Positions 13,188 to 26,940 are shown, counted from the first letter of the whole stretch. The stretch is 63,738 nt of DNA, filler included, from Octopus bimaculoides (GCF_001194135.2; 8 parts of 8 records of this genome joined end to end with filler, not necessarily neighbours in it), one strand, 5' to 3'. Numbers and translations: made by a program. The notes: generated from the letters alone by a model not told the origin.

Positions 13188-14120
13188 ATGTGTGTGTTTC
13201 TGTTTGTGTGCGCGCGCGAATATGTATGAGAACGAATGTCTGCTTGTACATATGTATATTAATATACAGACACGCATACATACACCCGCAGAGATACATA
13301 AAACTATATAAATGAACCTACCTACATTCATGCATACATAAATACACACGAACGCACCCGTTTACAAATACGTATATATATAAATATGCTTACATACATA
13401 CATTCATACACACAAAAAGTTGGTGAGAATGAGTAGGGAAACAGGGGCATTCGTTTACATTATTCGCCACCCACACACACTATTTTTTTGTAAGGGTTGA
13501 AGTGAATTTACTCAAGCAATAGAATGTAAATGAAGAGCTACTAGAGTACCCCTAACCCAGGCTGGCCCCTATTGAATGAAGGTAAATCAGCGAAGGATAG
13601 CGAGGCCCTCAACCTTTCACATGAACCTTGTATTTACAGGTATTTTCTGGTGTTTTCCTTCCCGTCAGCCCCTTATTTTTATTTACCTCTTCCCGAATCT
13701 ATTTAGACTGTTTTACCTCGTTATGAACACATTGTCCCTTAGTGGGGCCATGTGAGTGTAAGCGTCTCTGTCTGTGTGTATTTTTAAGTATGTATGTATA
13801 GTTTGTTTTTCATTTTGTTTTTGTTCCGTATTCTGTACTCGTCAGGCTATTATAAAAATATTTGTTGGAATAAAAAATAAAAAAACAAACAAACAAACAA
13901 AACGAGAAACCTTTCTTGTTTTGATTTGTATTTTCTTTGATTTTTTTTTGTTTTTTTTTTTCTATATGGAAAAGTTTGACAACAAAGTTGAAGACGGTTC
14001 AAGTCAAATGAAATTAAATTAAACTTAATACAGAAAATTTCAGATAAATAGGACATTACAGCTAGCCGTCAATCGCTTTGTCCATATTATTTGTCTTTGG
14101 AAAGAACAGTATTCATGTAA

Positions 14121-14154
<34 letters not shown>

Positions 14155-14559
14155 TTGTGTGTGTATTTGTGTGTGTGTGTAGGTGTGTGTGTGTGTGTGT
14201 GTGTGAATGTGTGTGTGTGAGTGTGTGCCCTGTGTTTTCGTTAATTGTTTTAGGGGCTTTAGAATCTACGAGTAGACGCAGAAACTCTCTCAGCGTTTCT
14301 GTCCACGGAGCATCCCAGTGGAAGAGCTGGAGAGAGACATGGCTAATTCAGTACTCCACCGGTACTTACTGCAGCTGAATTGATTAGACAGGAAAAGAAG
14401 TAAGTTGATGGAATGGAAACTCGCGGTTTGGCCATCATGAACTAATCATTTCTCGCACAACGTCATGTAATTTCTTTCAAGGTGCATGATGAAGAAAAAG
14501 TGATCAGTTTCGTTTTTATGGAGATTAATTAATGTTTAGTAATATTGTAATCTGTAATA

Positions 14560-14720
14560 TGTATACACATGCGTGCTATATATTAGCCGAAAATGTATAC
14601 ATCTTTTAAATGCTGATAGCACAAATTTAATAACGAAGGGAGCCAGACTACAATTAGGGCAAAGGAAATTTATTCTGAAGTGCTACAGGAAGTTTGAAAA
14701 CTACCAGGGAACCGAACGAA
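14560..14720 (+). mobile_element. 5' fragment of a Tc1/mariner-superfamily transposase (N-terminal HTH)
   Basis: ARLQLGQRKFILKCYRKFEN resembles the QR-x-x-I-x-K-x-Y N-terminus of such transposases. No downstream core. Confidence 0.45.
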
Positions 14721-14811
14721 AACAAATATGGAGGGTCGTTAGACCAGAACGAGAAGAAAATAGTGAGAAACATTTTTTAAAAAGAGAAAAGATAGAAGAG
14801 AGAGAGAGAGA

Positions 14812-14857
<46 letters not shown>

Positions 14858-15817
14858 CATACACATCCGTTCTTTTAAGCGTCCGTGCAGGAAAAGAAAG
14901 ATGGACAACGGGCAGTGTGAGCAAAGATATATATATATATATATATACATACGCATACAGAGAGTTAAGAGNNNNNNNNNNNNNNNNNNNNNNNNNNNNN
15001 NNNNNNNNNNNNNNNNNNNNNNNNNNNNNNNNNNNNNNNNNNNNNNNNNNNNNNNNNNNNNNNNNNNNNNNNNNNNNNNNNNNNNNNNNNNNNNNNNNNN
15101 NNNNNNNNNNNNNNNNNNNNNNNNNNNNNNNNNNNNNNNNNNNNNNNNNNNNNNNNNNNNNNNNNNNNNNNNNNNNNNNNNNNNNNNNNNNNNNNNNNNN
15201 NNNNNNNNNNNNNNNNNNNNNNNNNNNNNNNNNNNNNNNNNNNNNNNNNNNNNNNNNNNNNNNNNNNNNNNNNNNNNNNNNNNNNNNNNNNNNNNNNNNN
15301 NNNNNNNNNNNNNNNNNNNNNNNNNNNNNNNNNNNNNNNNNATATATATATATATATATATTCATATATTCGCGTATATCGAAACAGTAATGGAAAGAAC
15401 GGCAGAGAAAGAGAGGGAGAGAAAGTGACAGAAAAAAGAGAGAGGGGTGGGAGATTAGCCTCCACCCCACACGTTATAAGCGGTAATCATTCATGCCATC
15501 ATGTCCTAGCATTGTCGATGTGATGTCAAGTGTAAAACCCCCAAAAGTATCTTCATTCAGTTTACAATAAACATCAAATCTGTTCAGTGATCGGGCTTCT
15601 TTGACTTGACTTTTACAAAATCATTTCTAACCGTTTCTATTTTTACGCACTCTGCCTATGACCTCCTGTCTAACACTTTTAGTTTCCTTTAATTTATTTT
15701 CGTTTTTATTTTGTTATTTTCCAAACATTGTGTGTTTGTAAGTGCGGATATAGTATGCGTGTATATATACTGAGAAAAACACGCACAGATACACTTATTA
15801 ATATGATTGTATGTATG

Positions 15818-15851
<34 letters not shown>

Positions 15852-16111
15852 TGCGTGTGTGTTTACGTGTATATATAGTTCTTTTTTTTTTTTTTCCAAA
15901 TTTTCTAGCACTTTGCATGCTGACAACGAATACAATTAGATTTTCCTAAAATTAACAATAATTCTCGTCAGCAGTATGAAAAAAAAAAATACATCGAAAC
16001 TACTGACTTTGAAAATCTAGTCAAGTAGTAGAAAAAAATTTAACAAGATCTGCAAGTTATTCAGTTGATCGAAAAAGTGAATCCTCGTGTCGAACGACGG
16101 CGACCCACCAC

Positions 16112-16759
16112 TGGTGAGCTGGCAGAATCATTATTACGCTCAGCGGTATTTCACCCGTCGCTCCGATCTGAGTTCAAATTTCACCAAAGTCANNNNNNNN
16201 NNNNNNNNNNNNNNNNNNNNNNNNNNNNNNNNNNNNNNNNNNNNNNNNNNNNNNNNNNNNNNNNNNNNNNNNNNNNNNNNNNNNNNNNNNNNNNNNNNNN
16301 NNNNNNNNNNNNNNNNNNNNNNNNNNNNNNNNNNNNNNNNNNNNNNNNNNNNNNNNNNNNNNNNNNNNNNNNNNNNNNNNNGGTTTGTTTAAGGATGTTG
16401 AGCAAAACAGCCATGTTTCCAAAGGTGAATTATTCAAACTCCAAAGAATTCCTTTCAACACATGGCTATGATGCTCCCCGACTACTTCTGCTTGTGATCA
16501 GAGATGCACATATCGTCAGCCACAAAGGGACATGCTCAACTGGTTAAGGTCAAACAACTGACAAGCAAATCTGTGGTATGAAGCAGAATATTTGCTGTAG
16601 CCCATCTTTTATACCATAGCAAATCTGTGGTATTAAGCAGAATATTTGCTGTAGCAAATATCTTTTTATACCATGTAGCCCATCTTTTATACCAATGTAC
16701 CCCATATAATCGACTCATTCCTTCCTCAGAATTGCTGCCCTTGTGGCAAAATTTGAAAC

Positions 16760-16761
<2 letters not shown>
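16112..16761 (+). mobile_element. SINE-B split by a gap and an inserted dispersed repeat (16382-16693)
   Basis: Head GGTGAGCTGGCAGAATC..GAGTTCAAATT at 16112-16192 and tail AATCGACT..TGCCCTTGTGGCAAAATTTGAAACC at 16706-16761. The insert has an internal duplication of AGCAAATCTGTGGTAT..GCAGAATATTTGCTGTAGC. Confidence 0.7.
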
Positions 16762-17225
<464 letters not shown>

Positions 17226-17540
17226 ATCGTTGTCGTTGTCGTTAATGTTTTCTTAATGATTGTAACAATTTGTTGCTTGTCCCGTGAAGTTATTGTAGCT
17301 ATTATCAATGCTGTCAATGGCGTCGTTTTCGGTTTGTTATAGTTGTTGTCGTTGCTGTTGATGTCGTTGCTGTTGTTGTTTTCTTTCATACTATTTGTCC
17401 GTGTCAATATATCGCGGTTGTTATTGTTGCCGCCGCCGCAGTCGCCTCTTGTTTCATATAAGTTTCTCTAGGTGTCATCGCCGTTGTTGTGTTTCGACGA
17501 TGAGGTTGATCTTCAGGTCGTTTTTATTATTTTTCCATTC

Positions 17541-17571
<31 letters not shown>

Positions 17572-18043
17572 TGTCATTATTATCATTGTTGCTGATGTTC
17601 TTGTTGTCCCCAGAAGTCCTTGTCAATTTTAGATTAATGACTCCTTTACAAAAACGTACTATAAAAAGACACCAGAATAACTATAAAAACACAACAACAA
17701 AACCAACAACGAAAATAATACGACCATCTTTCAACCTATACAAATGACCAGACGGTCCGGTCTTGTCAGTAAGCCTGTTATTTGCTATTTATCCTGTCAA
17801 CAGAGCGTGCCTGTGTTAAGTTTAACCAGTCAAGCGTAAACAATCTATCCATCTGTCTATCTCAACTTGCTACCTGCTAGCTGTGACGGATACTAACACC
17901 ACATCAGCCCCACATATTTATACTGTAACCAGCTTGTAAATAATTTGAAACGTTTTCACTCAGCTAACCCATCCGACAACCAGCCAGCCACTCAGCCGGT
18001 CATCCATCCATCCATCCAGCCAGCCAGCCAGCCAGCCTGCCCC

Positions 18044-18228
18044 GCTAAGTTACGGGGACGTAAACACACCACCATCGGTTGTCAAGCGATGTTGGAGGGA
18101 CAAACACAGACACACAAACATATACACACACATACATATATATAAAATACATATATACGACAGCCTTCTTTCAGTTTCCGTCTACCAAATCCATTCACAA
18201 GGCTTTGGTCGGACCGAGGCTATAGTAG
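18044..18228 (-). mobile_element. SINE-A showing head region, internal TA/CA microsatellite and 3' domain in one copy
   Basis: GCTAAGTTACGGGGACGTAAACACACC..GACAAACACAGACAC, then (CA/TA)n, then CTTCTTTCAGTTTCCGTCTACCAAATCC..GGCTATAGTAG. Confidence 0.9.
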
Positions 18229-18272
18229 NNNNNNNNNNNNNNNNNNNNNNNNNNNNNNNNNNNNNNNNNNNN

Positions 18273-18284
18273 TTAATTAATTAA
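18273..18284. other. Artificial gap linker TTAATTAATTAA (also 29360, 32156, 45002, 53533, 60620, 62546)
   Basis: The same 12-mer sits inside N-runs at seven positions. The flanks I counted are 44 N per side, giving a fixed 100-bp spacer with stops in all six frames. Confidence 0.97.
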
Positions 18285-19243
18285 NNNNNNNNNNNNNNNN
18301 NNNNNNNNNNNNNNNNNNNNNNNNNNNNTATCAGCTACATCTGTCTGACACGACTGAGGCTAACAGATATAGTTATGTAAGAGAGAGAGAGAGAGAGAGA
18401 GGGGGGAGAGATAGATAGCTACCGGAATAAGCACGAAAATGTGAAACAGGTGGGAAAAAATAGTACTCGAATACCGGGGGTAGAGTAATATACAAAACCA
18501 TCACTAGCACCATCATTGTAGATAGATAAATAGAGAGGCAAGCAGGCATCGGAGAGACAGATAGATAGAAAGATAAAAAGGGTGACAGTCAGAGGGAAAG
18601 AATTACAAAGGTCATGGGCACACACACACTCTCTCTGACTTATAAACGAATGAACAAATCGATGCTGGCAATGGATTTTAGCAACAAGAGGTACTCTAAA
18701 GTCAAAAACCATAAGGCAGAGTTTGGGAAAGTGTGTGGAGACTATACGACGGCACCCCGCCACACACACACACACAGCTCACCCTGGAACTTGGAAGCAG
18801 GGGGCACATCACCCCACTGTGTATCGAACCACTACCACCACCACCACCATCACCAATATCGTTTCCATCACTGAAATAAACGAAGTCCATATAATAGCTG
18901 TCTGCTGCAAATGAGAGAGAGAGAGAGGGGTATGAACTGTCTCAAGTCAGTCTCATCAACAAATTAATTTTAATTTTAATTTTACAGCAGCAAGAACCAG
19001 TAACATTTTATAAGATTTGTTCAGTTACCTCTCTTAGGTACTTCTCATTGATAAAAGCCAACTAGCTTGAAACATCGATGACAGGGTAACCTGATAGATG
19101 GTGATACTGAACAAAGAGGGTGTTTTCACACCTTTTTACCATAACAGAAATATTTCTCTACGACAATTTACCTTTTAGCAAATAATTTGCCTTTTAGCAG
19201 TTGAAATATGTCACAAACATATTTTAACTAACCTAAATTGTGC

Positions 19244-19376
19244 ATAGTTTATATCCACTTAAAAGAAGAAAAGAAAATGGAGATAAGGAAGTTAACACTT
19301 ATTTATTATTGTTAGAAATAATTGTTTACTTGCTTATCTCCATTTTCTTTCCTCCTTTTAATTGAATATTAGCTAT
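19244..19376. mobile_element. Old palindromic MITE-like element
   Basis: AAAAGAAGAAAAGAAAATGGAGATAAGGAAGTTAACA versus the reverse complement of TGTTTACTTGCTTATCTCCATTTTCTTTCCTCCTTTT matches at 33/37, and the arms extend imperfectly outward. Confidence 0.65.
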
Positions 19377-20299
19377 ATGCTTAATATATCCCTATTGTTT
19401 AAAGGGAATTTAATTCCACAACAATACTAGGTATTGAACCAGGATTTCATTGGATGCAGCTATCCCTTCATGAGGTTAACAAATCCCCTAATTAATATAC
19501 ATATATGACAAGTTTCTTTCAGTTTCCTCCTACCAAATCCATTTAGAAGGCTTTGGATCGTCCCGAGGCTATAGTAGAAGCCATTCTAAAATTAGAAAAC
19601 TGAACAGAGGTCGACTTATACATTGATTTAAGTTTCAAAACGGAGAAAACGAATTAATTTGTTGTATCTTGACAACATCGTCCATGAATAGACACATAGA
19701 GTTATTGTTGGGTTAGCCATTGGAACAGGTTTTCTGTACTTCGAAATGGTTTTCTGCGTTGTTCTAATCCAGTCTTCTCCCCCCCCCCTTCCTTTCTCTG
19801 CCTCCTTAAAATACATGCCATGACCCGGCATTCGGTCTGACAAGTTTCTCTTAAAAGTTAACTCCTAAAGTTCACTTGACACTCTGTTTTTATACCTCTC
19901 ACTGCAACTCATAGCAACCGTCATTTTCCTCCCCCTACCAAATCCATCCCGACATCACACGCACGTACGCACACACACATACACAAATACACTCTCTCCA
20001 ATGCACGCACGTAAACCCACGCAAAGAGACACACATACAGAGAGACACTGCGACAGACTAACACAGAAGTACAGACGTAAACACACACACAAGGGCCCAT
20101 CAACAGATAGAGACATAAGAACACACACACATATACGTTAATGAATTCGCACAGACATATACATTATTACATTCACACAAAATCACACACACACATGCAC
20201 TGACATATACTCACACATACAGACCTGCGCACACATTAATACATTCAGACAAACACGTACACAGCTATTACATACACAAAAGTAGATACACACAGGCAA

Positions 20300-20770
20300 A
20301 GCATTTCCTTTTCCTCATGCTACTCCCCTCTCTTTCTCTCTCGCTTTTCTTCTCTTTATATTTCCTCCTCTTCCTCCTCCTCCACTGTTCCTTTTTTTCC
20401 TCTAAACACCTCTCCCTCTTTCTCTACCCCTTATACGCATGCGCGTATTAAACTCTTTTCTCTTTACACAACCGTACACTTCATCTCCCTCCTTTTCTCT
20501 CCTTCTTCTCTTACTGTCTTCTCTTCCTTTTCTCCTCTCCCTTCCGCCTTTTTATCTTTTTCTTTCTCACTCTATTACTATCCTTTTCTCCTCGTTTCCT
20601 CTTTTTCCTTTTTGTTTCTTTTCCCTTGTCTTTCCCTTCTTTCTTCCTGTCTCCCTCCCTGATCCCTCTTTCTCCTTTTATTTCTCTCCGGCTCTTCCTC
20701 TTTCCCCTTCTGTCTTCATGAGCCTTTATTTCTTTTTTCTCTCTTTCTCTCTTTCCTCCTCCTCCCCTCT
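20300..20770. repeat. Polypyrimidine (CT-rich) low-complexity tract
   Basis: About 470 bp strongly dominated by C and T on the plus strand. Confidence 0.9.
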
Positions 20771-21084
20771 TTTATAAGTAATGCTCACGTGTTTTGTCAG
20801 CGGGTGTATGTGTATAAATTTTTGATGCTGTTGATGTATATGTGTGTGTGTGTAAACTCTAGTTAAGTCGGCCCCTTGAGAGAGAAAAACTTCTAAAGTG
20901 GGACAACCGATAAATGATTGAACAAATAAATGAGTGATGGTTTACTTATTTAGACATTAGAAACGAAGATAAAAAAATGTCCCGTATTTTCCATTTAATT
21001 TCTTATATTTCTGTATTCCACTACTTTTAACATGTTTTAATTAAATATTTCCACGCTGTTGTGTGAGCGTTTGACTCTTGGACT

Positions 21085-21290
21085 GGTGGGATTGTTAGCA
21101 AGCTGAACAAAATACGTTCTGAGTTCAAACTCCACCGAGGTCAACTTTGCGTTTCATCGTTTTCTAGGTCGATAAAAATTGAGCACCGACCATTCAAATT
21201 GCTAGCCTTGTACCAAATTTTGAAAACTGTGAAGACGATGAGCTGGTAGAATCATTAGCATGCCGGACAAAATACTTAGTAACATTTTTT
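21085..21290 (+). mobile_element. Degenerate SINE-B followed by a second SINE-B head
   Basis: GAGTTCAAACTCCACCGAGGTCAACTTTGC..GCCTTGTACC, then GAGCTGGTAGAATCATTAGCATGCCGG. Confidence 0.7.
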
Positions 21291-22363
21291 CCGACTCGTT
21301 ATTGTCAATACATGAAAGAGCTTCAATATGCTAAGAACGTTCATTAACGACAATAAGCCATTTACAATGATGCTTATGTTCATTTACGTTATTAATTAAC
21401 ATCATAAACTTTGTTGATATGTTGAATGACAACCCCCCCCCCCAGTTAATAATAAAATAAACTACTGTACCCCNNNNNNNNNNNNNNNNNNNNNNNNNNN
21501 NNNNNNNNNNNNNNNNNNNNNNNNNNNNNNNNNNNNNNNNNNNNNNNNNNNNNNNNNNNNNNNNNNNNNNNNNNNNNNNNNNNNNNNNNNNNNNNNNNNN
21601 NNNNNNNNNNNNNNNNNNNNNNNNNNNNNNNNNNNNNNNNNNNNNNNNNNNNNNNNNNNNNNNNNNNNNNNNNNNNNNNNNNNNNNNNNNNNNNNNNNNN
21701 NNNNNNNNNNNNNAAAGCATTACAATGTCTTCAGACCATAAAACAATTATTAATCAACAATTAAAAATTAACAATAAGTAATTAAAAAAAAGTTCCAATT
21801 ATACACCCCACCTCACCACTGTCTCTACTAAACTCTTGTGACACAGGTTTTTTTTTTTAATTATTTTTTTACCTTTTTTTTTTTTGCTTTAGTCTTTAGA
21901 CTGTGGCCATGCTGGTGCACTGCCTTGAGGAACTTGTAGTCGAATGAACTGACCCCAGTGCTTATACAAAGAAATACAAAGTGAACATGTGAGATGGATG
22001 TGTTATAAGAATAGGATGAATGCTTGTTGTGTGGATGTTATGTTAAGAGGCTGAAGTATTGATGTAAATAGATGAAGTGAGTCGAATGTACTTGTTGGGT
22101 GCATAAGAAAGGAGGCAGAACAGTAGAGAGAGAGATAGGTATGTATAGAAGTATACATCTATATACACACAGACAGATATACCCACCGACAGACACACAC
22201 ACACGCACTCATATATTAATAGACAAGGATCTACAGTGATAGAAGGACATAATGTTTCGTACTAATGCACTCGTCAAGTGAATTTTATAAGTGCATTGAC
22301 TGACATGAAACTATAGATCCATGAGTCAATAATAGTTTCTTGATTAATGTGTCTGCATGTGTG

Positions 22364-22427
<64 letters not shown>

Positions 22428-22479
22428 TATATACATATACACACACACATATATATATATACACACACATATATATATA

Positions 22480-22910
22480 CAGGGTGCAGTGAATATATTG
22501 TAATCTAGGTTACGCAAAAATGAAAATGACACTGACATCTCATTTTAACAGAGATATTCACCAAAATGACATAAAAATCTCTTGAAATACTAAAGAGTAA
22601 ATTTATTTTAATAAAATCGCCATTGGCTTCAACCACGGTCCCCAGGCGACTTCAGAATCTCCTGCAACTCTTCTGGATAGTCTCCTTGTTTAAGTTGCTC
22701 AGTGCTGCCATAATTCTTGCCTTCAGTTCATCTTTGGTGTTACAAGGAGTTTTGTTGGTCTCTCGCTCAACTGCACCCCCACACATAATAATCAAGGGCG
22801 TTGCAGTCTGGGGAGTTAGGTGGGAGATGTTAGAGGTGATGTGATCGCAGAAAGTGTTTGACAACAATGACTGGGTTTTCCTGTTTGTGTGGCCCGGTGC
22901 ATAGCTCGAT
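22480..22910 (-). mobile_element. 3' half of a DD37D (maT-like) Tc1/mariner transposon
   Basis: TA plus terminal CAGGGTGCA at 22478. Protein APGHTNRKTQS..FCDHIT..GAVERETNKTPCNTKDELKARIMAA..EANGDF. Confidence 0.85.
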
Positions 22911-23129
22911 AGATACATTGGTTTATGTATTGAGGTTTATTTCTGCTGTTTGTAAAACCAAAGATGTATGTGTGTACAGGTGTATGTATATATGGATGTA
23001 TGATTGTGTGGGGCAGTATGCACCCATCCCACCCCCCACACACACAAGTACATACACATTTACACATATATACATCTGCATTTGTACATACATATATATG
23101 TATGTATGTGTGTTTGCATATATACACAT

Positions 23130-23330
23130 ATTGGCCCTCGTGCCGGTGGCACATAAAAGCACCCACTACACTCTCGGAGTGGTTGGCGTTAGGAAGGGCA
23201 TCCAGCTGTAGAAACTCTGCCAGATCGGATTGGAGCCTGGTGCAGCCATCTGGTTCGCCAGTCCTCAGTCAAACCGTTAAACCCATGCCAGCATGGAAAG
23301 CGGACGTTAAACAATGATGATGATGATATG
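23130..23330 (+). mobile_element. RTE LINE 3' UTR (5'-truncated copy or RTE-tailed SINE)
   Basis: GGAGTGGTTGGCGTTAGGAAGGGCATCCAGC..GCATGGAAAGCGGACGTTAAAC plus a (GAT)n tail. It is homologous to 29940-30110, which follows an RTE ORF end. Confidence 0.85.
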
Positions 23331-24122
23331 TATATATGAGAGAGAGAAATATAGAGTGAGATGCACACACTCACACACACACATGCACAACTGCTTACAC
23401 TTACAAATATATAAAAACAATCTACCATGAACTAATTGCAAACATCCATGTGTGTATGCACACGCGTGTGCGTGTTTCCAATCAAACACACACACATAAA
23501 TTTATCCACTGAGAGACACACATATATCTTACAAATTGCTTATTAAATAGATCTCAGGATATATTGCGAACAACTAACGAGTAGGTTTTGTGGGACACTT
23601 CTGATAATTACTGTTTTTTTTTTTTTTTGCCTAATTGATAGATGAAACAGTTTAGACAAACCTCACTTGTTCGTAGGTATTTACTTTTGTTTTAACTATA
23701 TATATATATATATNNNNNNNNNNNNNNNNNNNNNNNNNNNNNNNNNNNNNNNNNNNNNNNNNNNNNNNNNNNNNNNNNNNNNNNNNNNNNNNNNNNNNNN
23801 NNNNNNNNNNNNNNNNNNNNNNNNNNNNNNNNNNNNNNNNNNNNNNNNNNNNNNNNNNNNNNNNNNNNNNNNNNNNNNNNNNNNNNNNNNNNNNNNNNNN
23901 NNNNNNNNNNNNNNNNNNNNNNNNNNNNNNNNNNNNNNNNNNNNNNNNNNNNNNNNNNNNNNNNNNNNNNNNNNNNNNNNNNNNNNNNNNNNNNNNNNNN
24001 NNNNNNNNNNNNNNNNNNNNNNNNNNNNNNNNNNNNNNNNNNNNNNNNNNNNNNNNNNNNNNNNNNNNNNNNNNNNNNNNNNNNNNNNNNNNNNNNNNNN
24101 NNNNNNNNNNNNNNNNNNNNNN

Positions 24123-24262
24123 GGTGTTGTGTGGATGTGTAGAGGTGTGTGTGTGTGTGTGTGTAGAGGTGTGGTGTGGGTGTGTAGAGGTGTGGATGTG
24201 TAGATGCGTAGAGGTGTGGTGCGAGTGTGTAGAGGTGTTGTGTGGATGTGTAGAGGTGTGTG
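24123..24262. repeat. GTGTAGAGGTGTG-based degenerate minisatellite
   Basis: Five GTAGAGGTGT units embedded in TG repeats. Confidence 0.8.
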
Positions 24263-24682
24263 TGTGTGTGCGTGTGCAAATGCGGTCAGTCATTGCTTTT
24301 CAATGAGAAACCAGACGTTACTCAGGATTCCTCATCAGACGACCATTCCTGGTTTGTTGCAAAAGAGATGATTAAGAAAATTATAATTCTACCCCTCTGT
24401 AATTACCTAGACATTTAATCTGTCAGTATGTGTGTGTGTGTATGCATGATGTGTGTACATGTGTGTGTGTGTATCTGTAGCTGTGTATAGGAAATAGTGT
24501 GTGTGTGTATGTGTGTACATGTATATTTGTGTTTCTTCAAATATATCTCTGTGCGTGTGTGTGTATGTGTGTGTGTGTGCCTGTACTTGTGAATATATAT
24601 ATATGAATATATATATGCATGTATGTGTGTGTGTGTGTATGTGTGTATATTTACATATTCTTTTCTTTCGTTCTTTTATTTG

Positions 24683-24875
24683 TGTCAGTCATTTTGACTG
24701 CGGCCATGCTGGAGCACCACCTTTTTAGTCGAGCAAATCGACCCCAGGACTTATTATTTGTAAGCCTAGTAGTTATTCTATCGGTCTCGTTTGCCGAACC
24801 GCTAAGTTACGGGGACATAAACACACCAGCATCGGTTGTCACGCGATGTTCGTGGGGACAAACACAGACACACAA
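24683..24875 (-). mobile_element. SINE-A 3' domain, CpG-rich young copy
   Basis: CAGTCATTTTGACTGCGGCCATGCTGGAGCACC..GCCGAACCGCTAAGTTACGGGGAC. Confidence 0.9.
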
Positions 24876-24877
24876 AG

Positions 24878-24914
<37 letters not shown>

Positions 24915-25904
24915 NNNNNNNNNNNNNNNNNNNNNNNNNNNNNNNNNNNNNNNNNNNNNNNNNNNNNNNNNNNNNNNNNNNNNNNNNNNNNNNNNNNNNN
25001 NNNNNNNNNNNNNNNNNNNNNNNNNNNNNNNNNNNNNNNNNNNNNNNNNNNNNNNNNNNNNNNNNNNNNNNNNNNNNNNNNNNNNNNNNNNNNNNNNNNN
25101 NNNNNNNNNNNNNNNNNNNNNNNNNNNNNNNNNNNNNNNNNNNNNNNNNNNNNNNNNNNNNNNNNNNNNNNNNNNNNNNNNNNNCGTGTGCGTATATTTG
25201 TGTATTGAGATATGTGTCTATGTCTGTATCTGATTTTTAATTCTTCAAATTCCTCCTATAAAGAACCGAAGGTTTCCTTCCAAAAGGCACAAAGCCTCAT
25301 TATTCCTAATCATTGGAATTTCAGTTAACAACAAAAATATAGAATTACAAACATAGTGAATTTCGCAAATGTTTCGCATATTTTCACGGTGCCTCTTACA
25401 CTTTGAATTTCTAGAACGTTTGCTTTGCCTTTGTCATGTGATACCATTCCTAGCCTGAAAGATAAAACCCCAGCTTTTCTAGACTGTTCTTTCAACAATT
25501 AGTAAGGAAATAATAGTTATGTTGCTAATTGATAAACTCATTCATACAGGCATATATATGTGTATACACATCATCATCATCATCATCATCATCATTCTCT
25601 TTTAATATCTGTTCTCCATGCTAGCAGGAGCATATACTCCGGATGTGCTAAGTGTCCACTGCACATCCATCGAAAATGGCAGATTCATTAGAAATATTTA
25701 CCTTACTCGTTAATTTAATCACAAATATTAATGGAAAACTTTTGTTATGCCCCTGACTTGAAATTTGGTGCACGTCCAATATAACAAACACCATGCGCCA
25801 CTGTCGGACGGTTTGAAAGGAGTTGGCCAGCTGGAGCGCTGCCTGGGCACTTTGGTGAAGCAAACAGGAAAAACAGAACTCAGGACATGAATAAAAGTAT
25901 GTCT

Positions 25905-26050
25905 TTTTATTCATGTCTATAAAATTCACTGAGAAGCCTTTGGCCAGCCTGGGGCTGTAGTAAAAGACACTTGATGAAGGTGCCATGCAATGGAGGACTG
26001 AACCTGAAACCATGCGGTTGGGAAGCAAGCTTCTTAACCAGAAAGCCACA
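25905..26050 (-). mobile_element. SINE-A head, degenerate
   Basis: GGGGCTGTAGTAAAAGACACTTG..GGACTGAACCTGAAACCATGCGGTTGGGAAGC. Confidence 0.75.
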
Positions 26051-26199
26051 AATGTAAATTAACATAATTTATGTAGGGAAGCCTTAGGAACTCAGAAGGC
26101 AAGGAGCTACAAAAATACCACGAAATGTTTTTCTGACGCTCCAGTGATGACTACCATCTTGCCACCATATGTCATTTCAATGAAAACAGAAGTAATGAA

Positions 26200-26231
<32 letters not shown>

Positions 26232-26664
26232 TGATAATAATAATGATAATGATAATAATAATAGTAATAATAATAATAAGAAGGATAATAATAGTAACAT
26301 TATCACACGCACATGCATGCACACACATGCACACACACACACATGCACATGCACACATACACACACATACATACACAAACACACACACACATATACATGC
26401 ATAGTATACACACATATATGGCAATGGTGGTGGTGATGTCAATGATGATGATGAATATTCTGTTGATCCACCATCATCGGTTGTGTTCATCCTCCCTGGT
26501 TGTTGTCATTTTTATTCATATCATTCCGGATTGTTCTGTTTACCATACCATACTTCGTAAAAGTCCCTACATTCTCTCACATCTGTCATAGCGTAACAAC
26601 AAGCTTACAAACATCCCTCTTTAACCCTTTCATTTCTATTTTTTTCTGTTGGAATACCTTATCT

Positions 26665-26790
26665 TTATTACCTCCACCTTAGCAAAGGCGGAAGTATTGT
26701 TTTCAGTTGTGTTTGTTTCTTTCTTTCTTTGTTTGTCTGGATGGATTCAGATGAAACTTTCAGGGATATTTGGCCTCGTGACTGGCATGA
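26665..26790 (+). mobile_element. Helentron-associated (HINE/DINE-like) non-autonomous element 5' end
   Basis: TTATTACCTCCACC-TTAGCAAA-GGCGGAAG subterminal hairpin, then a GTTT/CTTT microsatellite and GGATTCAGATGAAACTTTCAGGG. The family assignment is from memory. Confidence 0.5.
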
Positions 26791-26867
26791 ACAGAAAGAC
26801 AAAAGACAAAGACAGCAAGCATATGTATATATGTATATTTACCAGCAGAGATACCCGATTTGGCAAG

Positions 26868-26940
26868 GTTTCTACAGCTGTATGCCCTTCCTAACACCAA
26901 TCACTCAGTGAGGGTAGTGGGTACTTTTTATGTGCCACAT
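26868..26940 (-). mobile_element. RTE 3' UTR fragment
   Basis: CTACAGCTGTATGCCCTTCCTAACACCAATCACTC is the reverse complement of the 23175-23215 motif. Confidence 0.7.
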
